Shown here: piece after piece, positions 18,526-29,536 of the stretch
Numbering within the stretch: position 1 is the first letter of the stretch
How the letters are laid out: each line of letters begins with the position of its first letter
From: Acidobacteriota bacterium
Lineage (GTDB): Bacteria; Acidobacteriota; UBA890; WLXD01
Assembly: GCA_963666215.2 (NCBI GenBank)
Contig: CAXWPL010000004.1
Location: 960,001 to 1,024,000 of the forward strand
Reading direction: 5' to 3'
DNA: 64,000 nucleotides
Notes under the pieces: model-generated
Told to the model about the DNA's origin: nothing
The model's input: the letters and a program-made list of their open reading frames with translations, nothing else
Database searches by the model: none
Translations under genes and position numbers: made by a program

Positions 18526-20248
18526 CGATCACGCGACGCACAAGCAACTGCACCGCCAACGCAAGCGCGCAGCCGCGTCGATCTTCAGATCCGGCGATGG
18601 TTCGGCGCCCAAGTCGGCGCCGGCTCGCATCAAGTGGGTTGCTGTGGTCGGGTTGATGAGCCTCCTCGCAGGGGCTGGTTGCCAGACCTTCGAACGGGCG
18701 CCGCTGCCTCGCGGCGACGGGCCTTCGTTGGTTTTGCTCATCTCGATCGATCAGGCGCGTGCCGAGTACCTGACGCGGTTCCGTCCGGCATTCACCGGCG
18801 GACTCGCCTACCTGCTCGATAACGGCGCGGTGTTCACCGACGCGCATCAGAATCACTCGATGACGGCGACCGCGCCCGGTCACGCGACGCTCGCGACCGG
18901 CCTCAACCCGGGTCGCAGCGGCATCGTTGGCAACGGTTGGTATGACCGCGAGCGCGCCGAGCAGATCTACTCGGCGCGCCGCGATGATGTCACTGGACCC
19001 GGCTGGCTGATGGGCACGGCGCTCGGTGACTGGATGAAAGCGGCCGATAGCCGCTCCAAGGTGTTCTCGGCCAGCGCCAAAGACAGATCCGCCGTCATAT
19101 TCGGCGGCCAGAACCCCAATGGCGCCTATTGGTACAACCAGGATACCGGTGCTTGGCGAACGAGCTCCTACTACGGACGGCGGCGGCGCGTCTGGGTCCA
19201 GGAGTACAATAGCGACTCGCTGCTGGACTCCTTTTTCGGCGTTGCTTGGGAGCCACTACCGCTGCCCGACACCGTCGATCTCGACGAGCTCGGAATGGCG
19301 GAACCCGACACCGGCGCCTGGGACTACACGTTTCCGCACGTCATCGGCAGAGGCTCTCTCGAGCCCGACATCGGCTTCTACAACGCCGTCTACGACTCAC
19401 CACTGGCGGACTGGTATCTGGCACGGTTCGCGATGGCCATCCTCGACAACGAGGGGCTCGGCGACGACGGCAGCCCCGATCTTCTGGCGATTTCTTTCTC
19501 GGCAGCCGATACCGTCGGACACAGCTACGGTCCGAACAGCCGCGAGGTGCTCGACGTGTTCGTGCGGCTCGATCGCGCGCTCGGCGAGCTGTTCGATTTC
19601 ATCGAGCGCGAAGTTGGCATGCAGCACGTCGTCATCGGCCTGTCGGCCGATCATGGGGTGGCACCCCTTCCGGAGGTTCGTGCTCTCCAAGGCGAGGCCG
19701 GCGAGCGCAGGGATCCGTCCGACGTGTTGTGCGTGCAGGGTGCCGGCACACGGCTCGAACAGGAGTTCGGATTGGCAAATGCCGACTGGGCATCACGCGA
19801 CCTGTATCTGAACCCGCTCGTCGTCGAAGCGGCCGGTTACTCGGTGGCGGCTGTGGAGTCGAGACTTGCCGAGCTGGTGATGGCGTGCCCGTCGGTTCTC
19901 CACGTCCTCACGGCAACGCAGCTGGCGGCCGGCTCACAGCCAGCGGGAGTCGACCCCGAGATCTGGCAGCGCGCCCGTAACAACTTCCATCCGCTCCGCA
20001 GCCCCAATCTGCTCATCGTCTATGAGCCGTTCTTCTTGGAGCAGATGGGCATGGGCACCACCCACGGGAGTCCGCACCACTACGACTCCAACGTGCCGTT
20101 CGTTGTCGTCGCGCCCGGCGCTTCGCCGGCTGTTGTTGATACACGGGTCAACACAGTGGATATGGCACCGACGCTGGCGACGCTGCTGGGCATTCCAATG
20201 CCGGATGTCGACGGCGTCGAGCGCACAAGCCTCCTGCCCTGGCGGTAG
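18521..20248 (+). CDS. Alkaline phosphatase superfamily protein (PafA / type I phosphodiesterase-like), probably a lipoprotein
   Basis: ISIDQ, TAPGHATLATG (Thr nucleophile), SAKDRSA, DTVGHSYGPNS, SADHG and THGSP motifs. The true start may be downstream. Confidence 0.9.
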   Translation: MVDHATHKQLHRQRKRAAASIFRSGDGSAPKSAPARIKWVAVVGLMSLLAGAGCQTFERAPLPRGDGPSLVLLISIDQARAEYLTRFRPAFTGGLAYLLDNGAVFTDAHQNHSMTATAPGHATLATGLNPGRSGIVGNGWYDRERAEQIYSARRDDVTGPGWLMGTALGDWMKAADSRSKVFSASAKDRSAVIFGGQNPNGAYWYNQDTGAWRTSSYYGRRRRVWVQEYNSDSLLDSFFGVAWEPLPLPDTVDLDELGMAEPDTGAWDYTFPHVIGRGSLEPDIGFYNAVYDSPLADWYLARFAMAILDNEGLGDDGSPDLLAISFSAADTVGHSYGPNSREVLDVFVRLDRALGELFDFIEREVGMQHVVIGLSADHGVAPLPEVRALQGEAGERRDPSDVLCVQGAGTRLEQEFGLANADWASRDLYLNPLVVEAAGYSVAAVESRLAELVMACPSVLHVLTATQLAAGSQPAGVDPEIWQRARNNFHPLRSPNLLIVYEPFFLEQMGMGTTHGSPHHYDSNVPFVVVAPGASPAVVDTRVNTVDMAPTLATLLGIPMPDVDGVERTSLLPWR

Positions 20249-20254
20249 GCGGAG

Positions 20255-20365
20255 GCCTGGAAGCCACGACCCCGGAGCCGGGTCAACGGCGCCTCGAGCC
20301 CACGTCGAGGGAAGTCCGAAGGCGGCTCCTTCGGCTCTTCGAAAGAAGCACTACGCCGCCCAGGC
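20255..20365. ncRNA. Candidate structured RNA (four hairpins closed by an outer stem)
   Basis: GCCTGG/CCAGGC closing stem encloses GACCC/GGGTC, CCTCGA/TCGAGG, CCGAAGG/CCTTCGG and CTTC-GAAA-GAAG hairpins, between convergent genes. No family identified. Confidence 0.4.
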
Positions 20366-20402
20366 ACCACGCCGCCCGACCGAGTCAACTGCTTCGACTC
20401 GA

Positions 20403-20678
20403 CTAGCGCCAGCTAACGGTCGTGGGCTGCGAGGTGGTGCAGTCCACGCGATCGGCCATGTTGGCGGTTGGCAACATGGCGCAGGCCATGTCGAGGCCGG
20501 TCGCGATGACCTCCGCCTCGGTCGAGCCCGATGCCACTCGACACACCGTTTGCCCGTTGTGTGTCACGCACACCTCGCCGGTGAACTGGGCCAGTCCGAG
20601 GCTCGAGTAAACGATCAGGGCGGTTACAACCGCAACAAACAGCACCACGGCGATGACGATGCCTCTTCGACCATTCAA
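20403..20678 (-). CDS. Small single-pass membrane or secreted protein with 4 Cys
   Basis: GGAGG RBS then TTG at 20678: MNGRRGIVIAVVLFVAVVTALIVYSSLG...EVCVTHNGQTVCR..MAC..DC. Confidence 0.7.
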   Translation of the reverse strand: MNGRRGIVIAVVLFVAVVTALIVYSSLGLAQFTGEVCVTHNGQTVCRVASGSTEAEVIATGLDMACAMLPTANMADRVDCTTSQPTTVSWR

Positions 20679-21073
20679 TTCGTGCTGTCCTCCGGACCCG
20701 CGAAGATCGGTAACGACCGACCCTAGCGCACCGTGCTCGTTGTAGCGCACCTTCCGGCGCTGCTGCTTCTGATGCCCATTCGAGTCGCGGTGGGTAGTCA
20801 GGTCCACAATCGCGTTGTCGCGCAAGTGGCCGCTCTGGCCGCGAGTTTCCAGCGTTGGCATCGAGCGCAGATCACTCTATCTCAGCGGTGGGGCCATCGA
20901 CGCAACAAGGAACAGCGAGAGTCAGGAAAGCACAGCGAGCTGGGCTTCTGTCGCCTAGAGTCGCGGCGACCGGGTGCCGGGGCGTTCGTTGGGCTCGTTG
21001 TTCCCGCCAGGCTCGGCGGATACAGTCGTGATGGCGTTTCTTTCCCCGTCCTCGTCGAAGGCGAACCTATTTA

Positions 21074-22555
21074 TGCGATCCACCCGACAGCTCGTGTTCA
21101 TTCGCTATCCGGCGATGCTGATCGTGCTTCTTGCGCTGCTCGTTGCGGTGCCCATCCTGTGGGCCGGTGCGGCATCGGCGAACGACGATGAGGAGTCCTG
21201 GAGGCGGTTTCGTGGGCCCAACGGATCGGGCATCGTCGAGACCAGCGGCTTGCCCACCGAGTTCGGGCACGACACCAACGTCGTGTGGAAAACCGAGCTG
21301 CCCCCCGGACACTCTTCGCCGGTGCTATCCACCGATCGGATCTTCGTGACGGCGGTCGAGGGTGACGAGCTCCTCACCATGGCTCTCGACCGCGCCAATG
21401 GCGAGGTGCTGTGGAGGGTCGCGGCACCGCGGACGCGTAACGATCCGCTCGACCCGCGCAACAACCCGGCCGCGGCCAGTCCGGTACTGGACGACGACAA
21501 CAACATCTACGTTTTCTTCAACGACTTCGGGATTGTGGCCTACTCGTACGACGGTGACGAGTTGTGGAATATGCCGCTCGGGCCGTTCAACAACATCTAT
21601 GGCATGGGGGCCTCGCCTGTCGTCGTCGACGACAAAGTCATCCTGGTGTGCGATCAGAACATCGGCTCGTTCATGATCGCGGTCAACAAGAACACTGGCG
21701 AGACCGTGTGGAGGGTCGATCGGCCCGAGGCCAAGAGCGGGCACTCGACGCCGATTACCTGGGAGTCGCCCGAGGGCGAGACGCAGCTGGCTGGTCCCGG
21801 GTTCGTTTCTGCTCGATGCCTACGACCCGGACACGGGCCAGAAGCTGTGGTGGACGCAGGGCCTGTCGTTCGAGATGAAGTCGACCGCCGTGATCCACAA
21901 CGGCGTGGCCTACATCAACGGCTACGGCTCGCCGCTCAACCAACCCGGCAATATGGTCGAGGTGCCGGCGTTTGCCGACGTGTTGCGCGACAACGACGGT
22001 GACGGCGACGGCATGATGAGCCTCGACGAAATGCCGCCGTCGCGAGCCAACAACTGGTTTGGCTTCGTTGATCTCGACGTCGATAAGGAGCTCAACGAGG
22101 CGGAATGGGAGTACATGCGCGCCGCGCTGGCGAGTCGCAACGGGATGCTGGCGATCAAGCTCGGAGGCGAGGGCGACATGACCGCGCAGAACGTCGTGTG
22201 GGAGTACAACCGCGCCGTGCCGCAGCTGCCATCGCCGCTGGTCTACAACGACATCCTCTATATGGTGAACGACGGCGGCGTGGTGACCTCGTTCAATCCC
22301 GAGACCGGTGAGGTGATCTCACAGGGTCGGTTGAAGGGGGCGGTCGACCAGTACTACGCCTCGCCGGTGGCAGCGGACGGCAAGATCTTCATGCTCTCGG
22401 AGCTCGGCATGTTGTCGGTTCTGGAGTCGGACGGCGGGCTCGACCCGATCAGCGTCTCGGATCTCGACGACCTTTGCTACGCCACGCCGGCGATTGCCGA
22501 CGGTCGACTCTACGTGCGCACCCGCGGCATGCTCTACGCCTTCGGGGCAGACTGA
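21074..22555 (+). pseudogene. PQQ-binding-like (BamB-type) beta-propeller with an EF-hand-like insert; frameshifted near 21790
   Basis: WRRFRGPNGSG, WKTELPPGHSSP and YGMGASP motifs. After ..EGETQL the homologous sequence LVPGSFLLDAYDPDTGQKLWW..MKSTAV continues in another frame (one extra base at CAGCTGGCTGGTC). DNDGDGDG/DLDVDKEL loops are present. Confidence 0.8.
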
Positions 22556-22634
22556 TCGTCCGTAGGGTTCGTTCTTTGCTGCCGCTGCGCGCTGGCCAAT
22601 CTCCAGGCCACAGGCTGCTTCATGGCCTGTCGGC

Positions 22635-23654
22635 GTGAGCGTTGCGTTCCTGTTCACCAACGTCGCGGTGGTGTTGGTTGCCTGTCGAGTGCGGTTCGCC
22701 GGCGAATCTCTGATTCATGCGGCGCCACTCGAGTTGCAGCCGGTCGTCTGGAACATCGCGATCGTGCTGGCCATTGGGCTAGCACTCGTCTCGGGCTGGC
22801 GCGATCGGGAACGTGTTCTCGGGAGAGTCAATTCGCCCGGACCGCCCGGACGGGGCGTGCCGGGCGGCCAGGCGGCCTCCGGGCGCGGGCTCGAGTCCAC
22901 AGCCGGATCGTCGCGACGGGCGCTGTGCGAGCTCATGGTGATTTTCCCGGGGTTGTTCGCCTTTGAGTGGGCTGTTCTGCCGCCGTACCGCTGGCGTCCG
23001 CTCGACTGGGCGATCATGGGCGTGCTGCTGGCACTGGTGATGGGTTTCCTCTGGCGTGATCGACAACAAGCGCGCGGTTGGGGATTCGGTGGAGCCCACC
23101 TGTTAGAGGCTGCTCGGCGCCTGGCGCTGCCCACAGCGGCGATTGTTGCGGCACTTGCCGCGGTTGCTCTCATTGTCGTGGTGCCGATCGATGGCAACGA
23201 GATCGCCGAGTCGCTGGTTTGGTACGCGGTGTACGCAACAGGGCAGCTGCTGGTGTTCCAGGTTTTCCTGGTCACGCGGCTACGCGCGTTGAGCGAGTCG
23301 CGCCGCACCATCGTCCTCGTTGCGAGTTGCTTGTTCGCCCTCGTCCACTGGCCCAACGGCCTGTTGATGCTGGCCACTGGACTCGGCGCGGTGTTGTGGA
23401 CAACGGTCTACCTGGCGGTACCGAGCTTGTACGCACTCGCGGGCTCGATGGCACTCTGCGCCGTCGCCTTCGCGCAGTTCGTGCCCGACCACCTGCACGA
23501 CCACATGCGTACGGGGCCCATCTACGTTCAGCGGCGCGTCGAGAACGAAGCATCGCTCGATGGCCCGCCCGTGGCGCGCCTCCACTTCCCTCACGACTCG
23601 GAGCTGTTGTCGGCCTCCAGATCGCGATTCCGCCACAGGGTCGGGAAGGCGTAG
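22635..23654 (+). CDS. CPBP/CAAX-protease-family-like membrane protein
   Basis: Multiple TM segments and an LFALVHWPN motif; the usual EExxxR motif appears degenerate (QLLVFQ). Confidence 0.55.
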   Translation: MSVAFLFTNVAVVLVACRVRFAGESLIHAAPLELQPVVWNIAIVLAIGLALVSGWRDRERVLGRVNSPGPPGRGVPGGQAASGRGLESTAGSSRRALCELMVIFPGLFAFEWAVLPPYRWRPLDWAIMGVLLALVMGFLWRDRQQARGWGFGGAHLLEAARRLALPTAAIVAALAAVALIVVVPIDGNEIAESLVWYAVYATGQLLVFQVFLVTRLRALSESRRTIVLVASCLFALVHWPNGLLMLATGLGAVLWTTVYLAVPSLYALAGSMALCAVAFAQFVPDHLHDHMRTGPIYVQRRVENEASLDGPPVARLHFPHDSELLSASRSRFRHRVGKA

Positions 23655-25492
23655 CCCAGGCCCAGCAGGGCCACGCCGCAGGCAAGAAAGGTGACGACGC
23701 GCCAGCCCGGGTCGACCTCGGAGAGATCGAACAGGAACAGCTTGGCGATCGTCATCGCCATCACCACCGCGCCGCCACGCCGCAGGTCCCGAGAGTCGCC
23801 GCGCAGCCCGACAACGAGCAGAGCCACGGCGTTGACGAACCACGCCGCGGTGACCCAGGCGGCGCCGTTGGACAGCGCACCGAGCTCGCGACCGAGCCAC
23901 AACAGCAGGCCGGCCTGAGCGGCGATGGCGTAGCCGAGTCGCGCGGTTCTCGACTGTATCCAAGCCGAAACCGCCGCCGCGGCGATGACGAAGAGATCGA
24001 TAAACGCGTCGAGGTTGAGGATCGGCGTTGCATTGCCGACGCCGTCGTGCAGGCGCTCGAGGGTGACGATCCCGACCAGCACGAAGAGCACGTGCGCCAG
24101 GATTGCCGGTCGACGAACTCCGGATCGTCGTGCCAGGAGGTGCAGGGCCAGCGCCTCGGCGGCGATTGCCATGAGGCGTGTGTTCCCCAACAGGTCCGAC
24201 ACCGCGAAGGCCACCAATACCGCGGCGGCCATGGCGTGAGTCCAAGCGAGGTTGCGGGCTATTGAGCCCGTATCGCCGTCGGCGTCTTCAGCGTCGGTGG
24301 ATTCGGATGTGCCGCGTAGCGCGAACGCGACCAGGCCCCATATCGCCGCCAGCCCGAGCGCCACCCACCCGGTTGCGCCGGTACGGAGGTGCCAGGCCGC
24401 GCCAATCGCGAGCACCAGGGCGATCGGGGTCGCCATCGTCAGCTGGTGGGCCTGGAACGTCCAAGCTCGGGCGACAACAGCTGTCGGGTTCGTCGCGCCT
24501 GTCTTCAGCGCGCCTCTGCTTGGCGTCGACGGCCACCTATCGGGGTGCGCTGCCGACAGCAGGTCGCGCCCGACCGCGAGGCCCCAGGTCGCCAGTGCCA
24601 GAAAGGCCAAGCCTGCTTGCACCGCGATGGTGTCGGCCGTCAGGGGTCTTCCCGACTGGATCGCCGCACCGGAAAAGATGAACCAGCCGCCCACGGTGGC
24701 GGTCCAGAGCAACAGCCGCCAGCCGGTTCGCATGAACACGGCGCCGGCGCCTGCCAGCACGAGGCACGTGTACACCGACATCCAAACCAGGCTGCCGGGG
24801 CCGGCGTACAGCAGGAACGGTGTTCCCAGTCCGCCGGCCGTCGCGAGTATGGCCATGACGGCCTCGTTGTCGCGCATGGCGAGCGCGAATCCGAGGACGG
24901 TAACGATGACCATGCCCGCGAAGGCGACGCCGTAGGGGATGAGCTCGTAGAGCTGGAACGCCGCGAAGATCGACAGGTAGGCGGCAACGACGCCCCCGCC
25001 CGCCAGCAATCGCGACAGTCCGCGGCGGTGCGTTCGGAGGCGCGTCGAGATCAGCAGCAAAGCCACCGATAGCGCCAGGCCGAGCCCGACGCGAACGGCA
25101 GGACCAATCCAGCCGCGATCGATCGAGTATCTGAAGCCGAGGACAATGCCGAAAAGCAGCAGCCCGATGCCGAGGCGATTGAGCCACTGGCCGGGGTCAG
25201 CTGATAACCGTTGTTGCAGTTGAGCGGCCGCGCCAACCGCGTCGGGTTTGGGAGCGCCCGAGGAGCGAGGTGTGGGCGTTGCTGTGCCCACGACCTGCCG
25301 GCTCGGTTCTGTTGGGCTTGTCGGACGGCCGCCCGGAACCTGCTGCGGCCTCGTGGTTTCCTTTGCTCGCGAATCATGCGCGGTGACGGATCGTTGGAGC
25401 TGAGCTCTCAGCGAAGCTACCGCTTGCTCCAGCGCCGCGACCCGCTCTTCGAGGCGCTGGCGATCGCCGTCATTCTCCGACATGGTGCGCAT
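23591..25492 (-). CDS. DUF2339-like polytopic membrane protein
   Basis: N-terminal coiled coil and Pro-rich linker, then WLNRLGIGLLLFG..GWIGPAVRV, GGLGTPFLL and a C-terminal KLFLFDL..RVVTFL motif. Confidence 0.85.
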   Translation of the reverse strand: MRTMSENDGDRQRLEERVAALEQAVASLRAQLQRSVTAHDSRAKETTRPQQVPGGRPTSPTEPSRQVVGTATPTPRSSGAPKPDAVGAAAQLQQRLSADPGQWLNRLGIGLLLFGIVLGFRYSIDRGWIGPAVRVGLGLALSVALLLISTRLRTHRRGLSRLLAGGGVVAAYLSIFAAFQLYELIPYGVAFAGMVIVTVLGFALAMRDNEAVMAILATAGGLGTPFLLYAGPGSLVWMSVYTCLVLAGAGAVFMRTGWRLLLWTATVGGWFIFSGAAIQSGRPLTADTIAVQAGLAFLALATWGLAVGRDLLSAAHPDRWPSTPSRGALKTGATNPTAVVARAWTFQAHQLTMATPIALVLAIGAAWHLRTGATGWVALGLAAIWGLVAFALRGTSESTDAEDADGDTGSIARNLAWTHAMAAAVLVAFAVSDLLGNTRLMAIAAEALALHLLARRSGVRRPAILAHVLFVLVGIVTLERLHDGVGNATPILNLDAFIDLFVIAAAAVSAWIQSRTARLGYAIAAQAGLLLWLGRELGALSNGAAWVTAAWFVNAVALLVVGLRGDSRDLRRGGAVVMAMTIAKLFLFDLSEVDPGWRVVTFLACGVALLGLGYAFPTLWRNRDLEADNSSES

Positions 25493-25504
25493 CTCCTCTC
25501 GGCG

Positions 25505-26719
25505 TCAGGAGCTCTCGGTCGCTCGTTCTGCTACAACGCGTTCGATGTGGCTGGCAAATTCTGGCGACGTCTCGAGCGCAGCTCGGAACGCAGCTCGATC
25601 GAGCTCGTAGAGGTCGCAGTACTCGGTAGCCCGCACGGTGGCGTTGCGCGGCTGCGACGCCAGTAGCGCTGTTTCCCCGAAGTAGGTGCCCTTGCCCAAC
25701 GTGGCAATCACCGACTCGCCGTCGGCGCCAACCACGTCGCCGGGGCCGTACACGACCGAGCGCAACTTCGTGGTGACTCGGCGCAAGAAAGCTTCATCGG
25801 CCTTCTTGAAGATCTCTACAGACTGCAGCATGTCCGACATCAGATACATGGCCACGTCGGTGCGCAACGCCTCGGGCAGCTCCTCGTGGATACGCGCGTC
25901 GTCGAACCCACCTCGGCTTTCCCACAGGTACTGCAGATGGTCGCGGATGCGAAGCCGCATCGCCGCGGGCAGCCCGTGCGAGCGCATGAAGGCGTTCACT
26001 CGGTCGGTGCGCTCCTGGTGCTGCAAGCGCGCGTAGTCGGCTTCGGCGATAAGCCGGGCGATGGTGCCGATGATGTAGGCGTACATGCCCACGCCCAGAA
26101 ACATGATCGCCATCGTGTAGATCTTGGCGGGCGAGGTATGTGGCGTGATGTCTCCGTAGCCTACGGTTGTCAGGGTCGTCACCGACCAGTACAGGACGTC
26201 GACGTAGTGATCGGTGTCCTTGGCCGCGCCGAGCTCGGCGACCAGCATCGACCAGCCGCAAGCGATCCAGTGCGACAACATCAGCACGCCGAAGCCGAAC
26301 GCGGGTACACGTACCAGTCCGGGCTCGAGATCGGCGGCGGTCTGCAGGCGCGCCAACAGGCTGCGTACCTGGAGCAACTTCAAGGCCCGCAGCGACCACA
26401 TCATTTTCCAGGGAGTGAATAGCAGTAAGTGTGCCGGTATTCCCACCAGCACATCCACCAACAGCCCGTGGCCCTTGTACGCACGGGCGACGACGCCGCG
26501 GTCGATCTCCAGACGACCGGCGCGGACGATGCCGGTGTTGAGCTTGACCGCGATATCGGCCAGATACAGCAACGTGATCGCGATGTCGACGACGTGGGTC
26601 CACGTACCCGCCGCCATGAAGCCGGCGATGCGCAGCGGAATCTCGACGCCCGCGAAGATGGCGGTCAACGCGATAACGACGTCCCAGCTCAGCCGCAGGC
26701 GGCCGTTCGGATGCAGCAT
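25505..26719 (-). CDS. Cyclic-nucleotide-gated K+ channel (SthK/LliK-like); CNBD appears to lack about 20 aa
   Basis: Six-TM topology, LYWSVTTLTTVGYGDI selectivity filter, C-linker and CNBD motif FGETAL..PRNATVRA. Start uncertain (26719 or GTG 26827). Confidence 0.85.
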   Translation of the reverse strand: MLHPNGRLRLSWDVVIALTAIFAGVEIPLRIAGFMAAGTWTHVVDIAITLLYLADIAVKLNTGIVRAGRLEIDRGVVARAYKGHGLLVDVLVGIPAHLLLFTPWKMMWSLRALKLLQVRSLLARLQTAADLEPGLVRVPAFGFGVLMLSHWIACGWSMLVAELGAAKDTDHYVDVLYWSVTTLTTVGYGDITPHTSPAKIYTMAIMFLGVGMYAYIIGTIARLIAEADYARLQHQERTDRVNAFMRSHGLPAAMRLRIRDHLQYLWESRGGFDDARIHEELPEALRTDVAMYLMSDMLQSVEIFKKADEAFLRRVTTKLRSVVYGPGDVVGADGESVIATLGKGTYFGETALLASQPRNATVRATEYCDLYELDRAAFRAALETSPEFASHIERVVAERATESS

Positions 26720-26859
26720 CGATCTCGGTATCGGGTCGGAGGGACGGGCCAGGGAGTGGGCGGGCGGCGCCACTGCCAGCTGGTCGCACGGAGTACGGTC
26801 GCCACATCGTTCCATCAGCGTCGGCACATGATAGCCGTCCGCTCGCCCCTATTGCCGAT

Positions 26860-29462
26860 TCACAGCAGATTGGCTGCTGCCCCGCCTACGTGATCTCCCA
26901 GGGCGCGATACGCCTCGAACTGAGCGTCGTCGAAGAACTGGTCGGTGGTTGTTTGATGCGGGAACTCCGCCTTCTGCTTGGCGTAGTTGTGGACGTGCGC
27001 CGGTATGCCAGCCTCGTCTGGGATCGACGCCTTGACGTAGATCAACTCGCCCGGCTTCGGTGCGACACTGTTGACCGCTGGGTAGTGGATGGCGCCTCTC
27101 ACGACGCTCGCTTTGCTGGCCTTGTGTCCGTAGCGCGTGTCACGCACTTGCTGAGCGTCGGCCAGGTCGATCTCGATACGGATGTTGTGCTCGATGAACG
27201 CCATCCGGATCACGTTGTTGAACGACGGAAAGCTGAGGTCGCCATCGGCCTCGCCGTCACAAACGACGATGCGCCGGCAGCGCCTGCGCAACAGCGGCAT
27301 CAGCCCGAGGTTGTCGCCGGTATGGCCGCCGTCCGACAGATTCACCATCCGGCGCCTTGCCGTCGTCAGTGCAAGAAGCTCAATGCCCAACCACCACGGC
27401 CAGCAACGGAACCGTCGCGAGCGCCTACCGGCGATGTAGTTCCACGGGTTCTCCATCCAGTGCCCTAGACGCACGTTGAAGAGCGTCGCGAGGAACGCCT
27501 GGGCCCAGAACGTGTGGTAGCCAATAGCCGAGCCGGCCGCGGCAGCCGAGATGGTCATGGCGCGGGCGAGCTTCACACCCAGCGCGCCGCGCTGACGGTA
27601 GGTCGAGGTCTGTACGTACCCCGTGACCTCGGAGCCGATGTAGTCGCGCGAAAACGTGAAATGGTCCGACAAAAAATCGCGCCGCATGAGCTCGCGCGAG
27701 CCACTCAAGTTCAGCGCTGTGACGATGAGGTGGTATGGGCCCTGCCAGTTGTCCTTGCCCAGATCCTCGAGCAGCAACTCGTCGTCGTCGCGGATCACGT
27801 CGAGCGGTTGCCCCTGGGCGGATCGCGGATCGCTGCGCTTTCGGCGCGCCGTCGTCGTCAGGTAGGCCTCCGAAAGGCGATCACGGTAAAACGTGTGCAA
27901 CGACACCCGATTCGAGTCGATGACGGTTCCCAGAAGGAGTATTACCAAGATCGCTCCCGCGGCGACCAGCGCGTGGCCAACGCTGAAGCTGGCACTGGGA
28001 ATTCTCACCATGAGCTGTCGCGATACCACCGCGAACGCCAGCACCAGCGCTACGACCAGCCCAATGTTGGTCAGCGGTTTCACCATGTTGCCGGCAATGC
28101 GGGCCACCCGTCCGCCGCCAGCTGCCGCGCTCGTTTTGCGGGCCGCAAAGCCGTACAGAACGGCAAGCACGATGAGCGAAGCGAAGAACTCGAACGTGAG
28201 GTCCTTGAGCGCCATCACCAAGATAATCAGAGCCGGCGTCGCGAAGGCGGTCACCAATCCGTACACCGACGCCCCCTGGATGGCGTTGACGATGGAACGG
28301 CGCGCCGCGCCCTGCAGCACCGAGTCGTGATCGCCGGTCGCGATATCGCGCTCGCGTTTCGACTCCCAGCCGTTGAGCGCGTATGCAACAGCACCGCCAC
28401 CAACGGAGAAGGCCGCGGGTATCAACAGTGCGTAGAGCGAACCCTCGGCATGGGGCATTCGCCAGCATGCCCAAACGATGATCGCCAGCGGCGCGACGAC
28501 CGACGAAACGTTGAACGACGTCAGAAATCGCGACGTTAGCTGCTCCTCGTAGGTCCAGCCCGATAACTGGTCGAACTTCGGAACGTCCTTTCTCTTGAGC
28601 TTGCGGAGAACCGCAGTCCCCCGAACCCTCCATATGAATACCCAGACCGCCCCGAGAAGGATGTAGCCCAACGTGTGCGTGTGCCCGAGGAAGTCGCCGT
28701 AGGTGTTTCGCAGCAGAGGCCGCAGTCGTTGAGCCCACCACGCCGTGGCGTGCTGTGTGAGCGCGGCCGCACGCCTTGTGAGCGCGGAGCTGCAGCAATC
28801 GTCGGCGAGCGGCGGCACCTTGATCGGGTCGAGCGATCCGAGAGAGCTCAAGCCTGGGTCGGCGATGCTGAGCACCAGGTGAGTCAGTGCCACAAGAGCT
28901 ACGAACGCCGCGCCGATCAGAAGGAAGTTGTGAATGATGCCGAGAATGAACGCACCGATCGCGCGTTGAACATCGAAGCTCAGCAGCTTGTGACGCGGTG
29001 CCAGATACTCGCTGTGCGAGCGCAGATGATGAATCTGATGCCGCACGCCGAGCCTTGGCTCGAGCTCGTTTTCGTCGTCACCGTTGAGACCCACAAACGG
29101 AGAGTTATGCGGCTCGACTCCGGGCAGCGGGCCTTGTCGGCCGCCTCGACGGTCTCCTGTTAACAACGAGCTCAGGCACGAGCCAATGTAGCCACCGCCA
29201 GAAACGGTGCTCAGGTAGTCGATCTGCTTGAACTTGTTTTCTCTGATCAGGCGCTGCATCACCCCCAAACAGAAGGTGGCAGACCGGATGCCGCCACCCG
29301 ACAGGCAGATTCCGTCGACATTGGAGTGATCGGGCTTAGGCCCGGCAACTCGTTCGCCGAGCGGCGCTTCTTCAGATACTCGAGCTCCGCTTCTTGGACC
29401 GTCTCGAAGCTCTGCGTATAACCAGGCTGTTCAGCGTCGGGGTGCTCCGCATTGCTACTCAT
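26860..29462 (-). CDS. Patatin/cPLA2-like phospholipase with a large multi-TM insert; frameshift near 29340
   Basis: GICLSGGGIRSATFCLG (oxyanion motif), YLSTVSGGGY (nucleophile Ser), LSDGGH..NLG and FPHQTTTDQFFDDAQFEAYRALG. The N-terminus (MSSNAEHP..ELEYLKKRR, ORF 29259-29462) lies in a different frame. Confidence 0.8.
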
Positions 29463-29536
29463 GTCGTACTCCGAGACTGGAATGTGACTCCTCTATCAAT
29501 AGGAGAAGGCCGCGGCGGCCGAGATCTTGTAACTGT

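Noticed and set aside
20310-20345. Glycine riboswitch (minus-strand GCCGAAGGAGC)
   Set aside because: The CTCTCAGG and GGAGA elements are missing, and the site is 3' of both flanking genes.
20679-20861. N-terminal extension of ORF 20403-20861
   Set aside because: A GGAGG-TTG start at 20678 directly precedes the TM segment, and the upstream part looks non-coding.
25505-29462. Calling the patatin plus cNMP-binding channel a CBASS or Pycsar system
   Set aside because: No CD-NTase or PycC-like cyclase is adjacent, and the lipase is the long TM-inserted type rather than CapV. Kept only as a hypothesis in findings.
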